Below, one piece after another: positions 62,767 through 64,000 of a DNA stretch of 64,000 nt. How positions within the stretch are numbered: the first letter of the stretch is position 1; each line of letters begins with the position of its first letter. The notes under the pieces were generated by a model. The model saw only the letters and a list, made by a program, of their open reading frames with translations, was not told the DNA's origin and ran no database searches. The DNA lies in the IMG/VR virus record IMGVR_UViG_3300045988_176633. The stretch is one strand, 5' to 3'. The position numbers and the translations under genes are program-made. This DNA is from a virus.

Positions 62767-62810
62767 CTTTTGATATTGTAAAGATCCGACCTTATTTTCG
62801 TCTGAGCAAC
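62767..62810 (-). promoter_or_regulatory. Conserved promoter/operator-like element, copy D
   Basis: Minus strand GTTGCTCAGACGAAAATAAGGTCGGATCTTTACAATATCAAAAG, immediately after terminator 62822-62855. Confidence 0.55.
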
Positions 62811-62821
62811 TTTTTACAAAG

Positions 62822-62855
62822 AAAAAGTCCAGAAAAATTAATTCCTGGACTTTTT
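62822..62855 (-). terminator. Rho-independent terminator
   Basis: 11-bp stem AAAAAGTCCAG/CTGGACTTTTT with a 12-nt loop, followed by CTTTGT. Confidence 0.7.
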
Positions 62856-62875
62856 CCAACATCAAAAATACAAAG

Positions 62876-63112
62876 CTACGCATTCACATGGATAGTAAGT
62901 CTAAATTTACCAAAGGCCTGTCTGATCGTCAACTTTATACTTTTTTGAGGAGAGCCTTTCGTCGTCTTTACTGTTAGAGTTTTCGTCCGAACTGCTGTTC
63001 CAGTGTTTTTAGTCGTAGAAGAAGCACTTATCGTACCATTTCCAGTCCCTGTATAAGTCAACGAAATGTTTCCACCTATCGAATCTTCCCAAGCGATTGT
63101 TTTCGTAGCCAT
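62876..63112 (-). CDS. Small protein with the distal half of a BACON/Ig-like domain (78 aa)
   Basis: IAWEDSIGGNISLTYTGTGNGTISASSTTKNTGTAVRTKTLTVKTTKGSPQKSIKLTIRQ. AAGGAG lies upstream. In frame with the upstream ORF across TAA plus 18 nt. Confidence 0.55.
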   Translation of the reverse strand: MATKTIAWEDSIGGNISLTYTGTGNGTISASSTTKNTGTAVRTKTLTVKTTKGSPQKSIKLTIRQAFGKFRLTIHVNA

Positions 63113-63130
63113 TGCTATCTCCTTTCTTTT

Positions 63131-63733
63131 TTATTCAACCGTCCAATCTGTGTTAGAAACAACTTGTACAGAAACAGCAGTTCCTTCCCAATTCAACTCG
63201 ATTGTATTAGGAGTCACTTGTAATGTAGGATCACCAGCGGATTGTGTTAATGTACAAGTAGCTTTTTGACCACCAGTAGCAGTACAAATGATCTGTTTAG
63301 ATAACGAAGTTACAGTAGTATTCGCTGGTACACTGATCGTAATAGAAAAATTGAATTGTGCATTAGCACCTGGATCTCCAACGATTGCTACATTGTTACT
63401 TGTCCCAACAGAGTTAGCTGTATACTTCGTAGGTAAGGAAATGTTGAGTGTACCTGTACCTAACGTAAAGTTCAACTTAGAAGAGTTACTTGTGCCTGAG
63501 ATTGTCACGTTGCCACCAGCTTTACCTGCAGACGCAGATGATTGCATTGTGATGAATTCTGGTTTACCAGCTTGATTTACAGTCTTTGGAATATCATCTA
63601 CTCCTGCTGCTTTAAACGTTGCCACTCCAGTTCTCGCTGTGCGTCCTGTGTGTGGAGATGCTGTACTAAAATCTACTGTCCCATTACCTGAACCAGATGT
63701 CGGGTCAATGGTTAGCCAATTGGGTTTTGCCAT
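63131..63733 (-). CDS. BACON/Ig-like repeat protein (200 aa)
   Basis: ORF track 63131..63823 has a TTG start overlapping the upstream gene. I prefer the internal Met (MAKPNWLTIDPTSGSGNGTVDF...). Ends ...VSVQVVSNTDWTVE. Confidence 0.6.
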   Translation of the reverse strand: MAKPNWLTIDPTSGSGNGTVDFSTASPHTGRTARTGVATFKAAGVDDIPKTVNQAGKPEFITMQSSASAGKAGGNVTISGTSNSSKLNFTLGTGTLNISLPTKYTANSVGTSNNVAIVGDPGANAQFNFSITISVPANTTVTSLSKQIICTATGGQKATCTLTQSAGDPTLQVTPNTIELNWEGTAVSVQVVSNTDWTVE

Positions 63734-63753
63734 GATTATAATTTTTAAATTAA

Positions 63754-63969
63754 TTATTCTACTTTCCAATCTACATTGGATCGAACTTCGACACTTACAA
63801 TAGGATCGTCCATTGTGATCCAAACCGGACCTGTTGGAACAACATGTAAATAAGGTTCTTCTTTACTGTTGTCAACAGCAGGAGGAGTTCGAGATGGACC
63901 TACATAAACGTCTCCGATTTGTCCATAAACACTAGGGATTAAGGGGTTCTTTGTTTCCATCTTTCTCAA
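63754..63969 (-). CDS. Small protein with the proximal half of a BACON/Ig-like domain (71 aa)
   Basis: Ends ...PVWITMDDPIVSVEVRSNVDWKVE, the same ending type as the next ORF. Confidence 0.5.
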   Translation of the reverse strand: MRKMETKNPLIPSVYGQIGDVYVGPSRTPPAVDNSKEEPYLHVVPTGPVWITMDDPIVSVEVRSNVDWKVE

Positions 63970-64000
63970 TATTTGCGATAAAAATAGACAAAAAAAAAAC

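Noticed and set aside
62734-62883. N-terminal extensions in the ORF track (62446..62883, 63131..63823, 59660..60946, 52603..53094, 56990..57310, 6891..7484, 43555..43773)
   Set aside because: The extensions run through terminators or promoter-like elements, overlap upstream genes, or use TTG/GTG. Internal ATGs placed just after the upstream stop give a cleaner operon structure.
63113-63133. Stop-codon reassignment or alternative genetic code explaining the split BACON ORFs
   Set aside because: All other genes in the window terminate sensibly with TAA/TAG/TGA under the standard code and show no in-frame stop interruptions. Only one of the two junctions is in frame. Kept only as a local read-through possibility in the findings.
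63720-63781. Apparent one-base disagreement between my hand translation of the printed sequence and the ORF-track proteins around 63720/63781
   Set aside because: It is most likely my own reading error at the line breaks. Coordinates checked elsewhere (intein junctions, inverted repeat, ORF starts and stops) agree with the track, so I used the track coordinates here. Hand-derived coordinates may be off by about 1 nt.
1-64000. tRNA genes, rRNA, CRISPR arrays, integrase/attachment sites
   Set aside because: Scanning the few non-coding stretches (31244-31453, 51997-52602, 54116-54316, 55511-56008, 61244-61914) by eye showed no cloverleaf-compatible GC-rich 70-90-nt segments and no regularly spaced direct repeats. 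A tRNAscan/CRISPR-finder run would be needed to exclude them formally.

Overview
This 64-kb window is a contiguous piece of an AT-rich, contractile-tailed (myovirus-type) dsDNA phage genome. Every credible gene (about 75 CDS) is on the minus strand, tightly packed with many ATGA/TAATG overlaps. The only substantial plus-strand coding sequence is a silent tail-fibre tip cassette. Order along the minus strand, from high to low coordinates: (1) about 11 kb of small early-type genes punctuated by terminator-promoter cassettes (64.0-52.6 kb). (2) A regulatory block with an ECF-like sigma factor encoded as two separate ORFs (52.0-49.8 kb). (3) A holin at 48.2-48.7 kb; the amidase endolysin sits apart at 57.9-58.4 kb. 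(4) The head module (47.5-35.9 kb): BACON-repeat protein, portal, MuF-like protein, free-standing Hint domain, Nudix/Dps-like multidomain protein, prohead protease, scaffold, major capsid. (5) Neck, sheath, tube, chaperones and tape measure (35.8-26.0 kb). (6) Baseplate and two giant fibre proteins of 2,097 and 1,577 aa (26.0-8.3 kb). (7) HNH, DEDD exonuclease, intein-containing terminase large subunit, DnaB-like helicase and the start of a primase (6.8-0 kb). I recognised no rRNA, tRNA, CRISPR array, integrase or reverse transcriptase. A Bacteroidota host is suggested by inference only: most genes lack Shine-Dalgarno sequences, there are TTG-N19-21-TATATTTA promoter-like sites, and the proteins carry BACON-like domains, BspA-type LRRs and CarboxypepD_reg-like repeats. 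The most notable observation is a 1.95-kb invertible segment bounded by a perfect, in-frame 54-bp inverted repeat. Inversion would swap the glycine-rich C-terminal tip of the 2,097-aa baseplate-J/fibre protein for a silent alternative tip, yet no recombinase gene is recognisable anywhere in the window. The second is a conserved promoter/operator-like element family (at least 8 copies) that could be the regulon of the split sigma factor. All calls rest on reading the sequence and the ORF track; no database search was possible.
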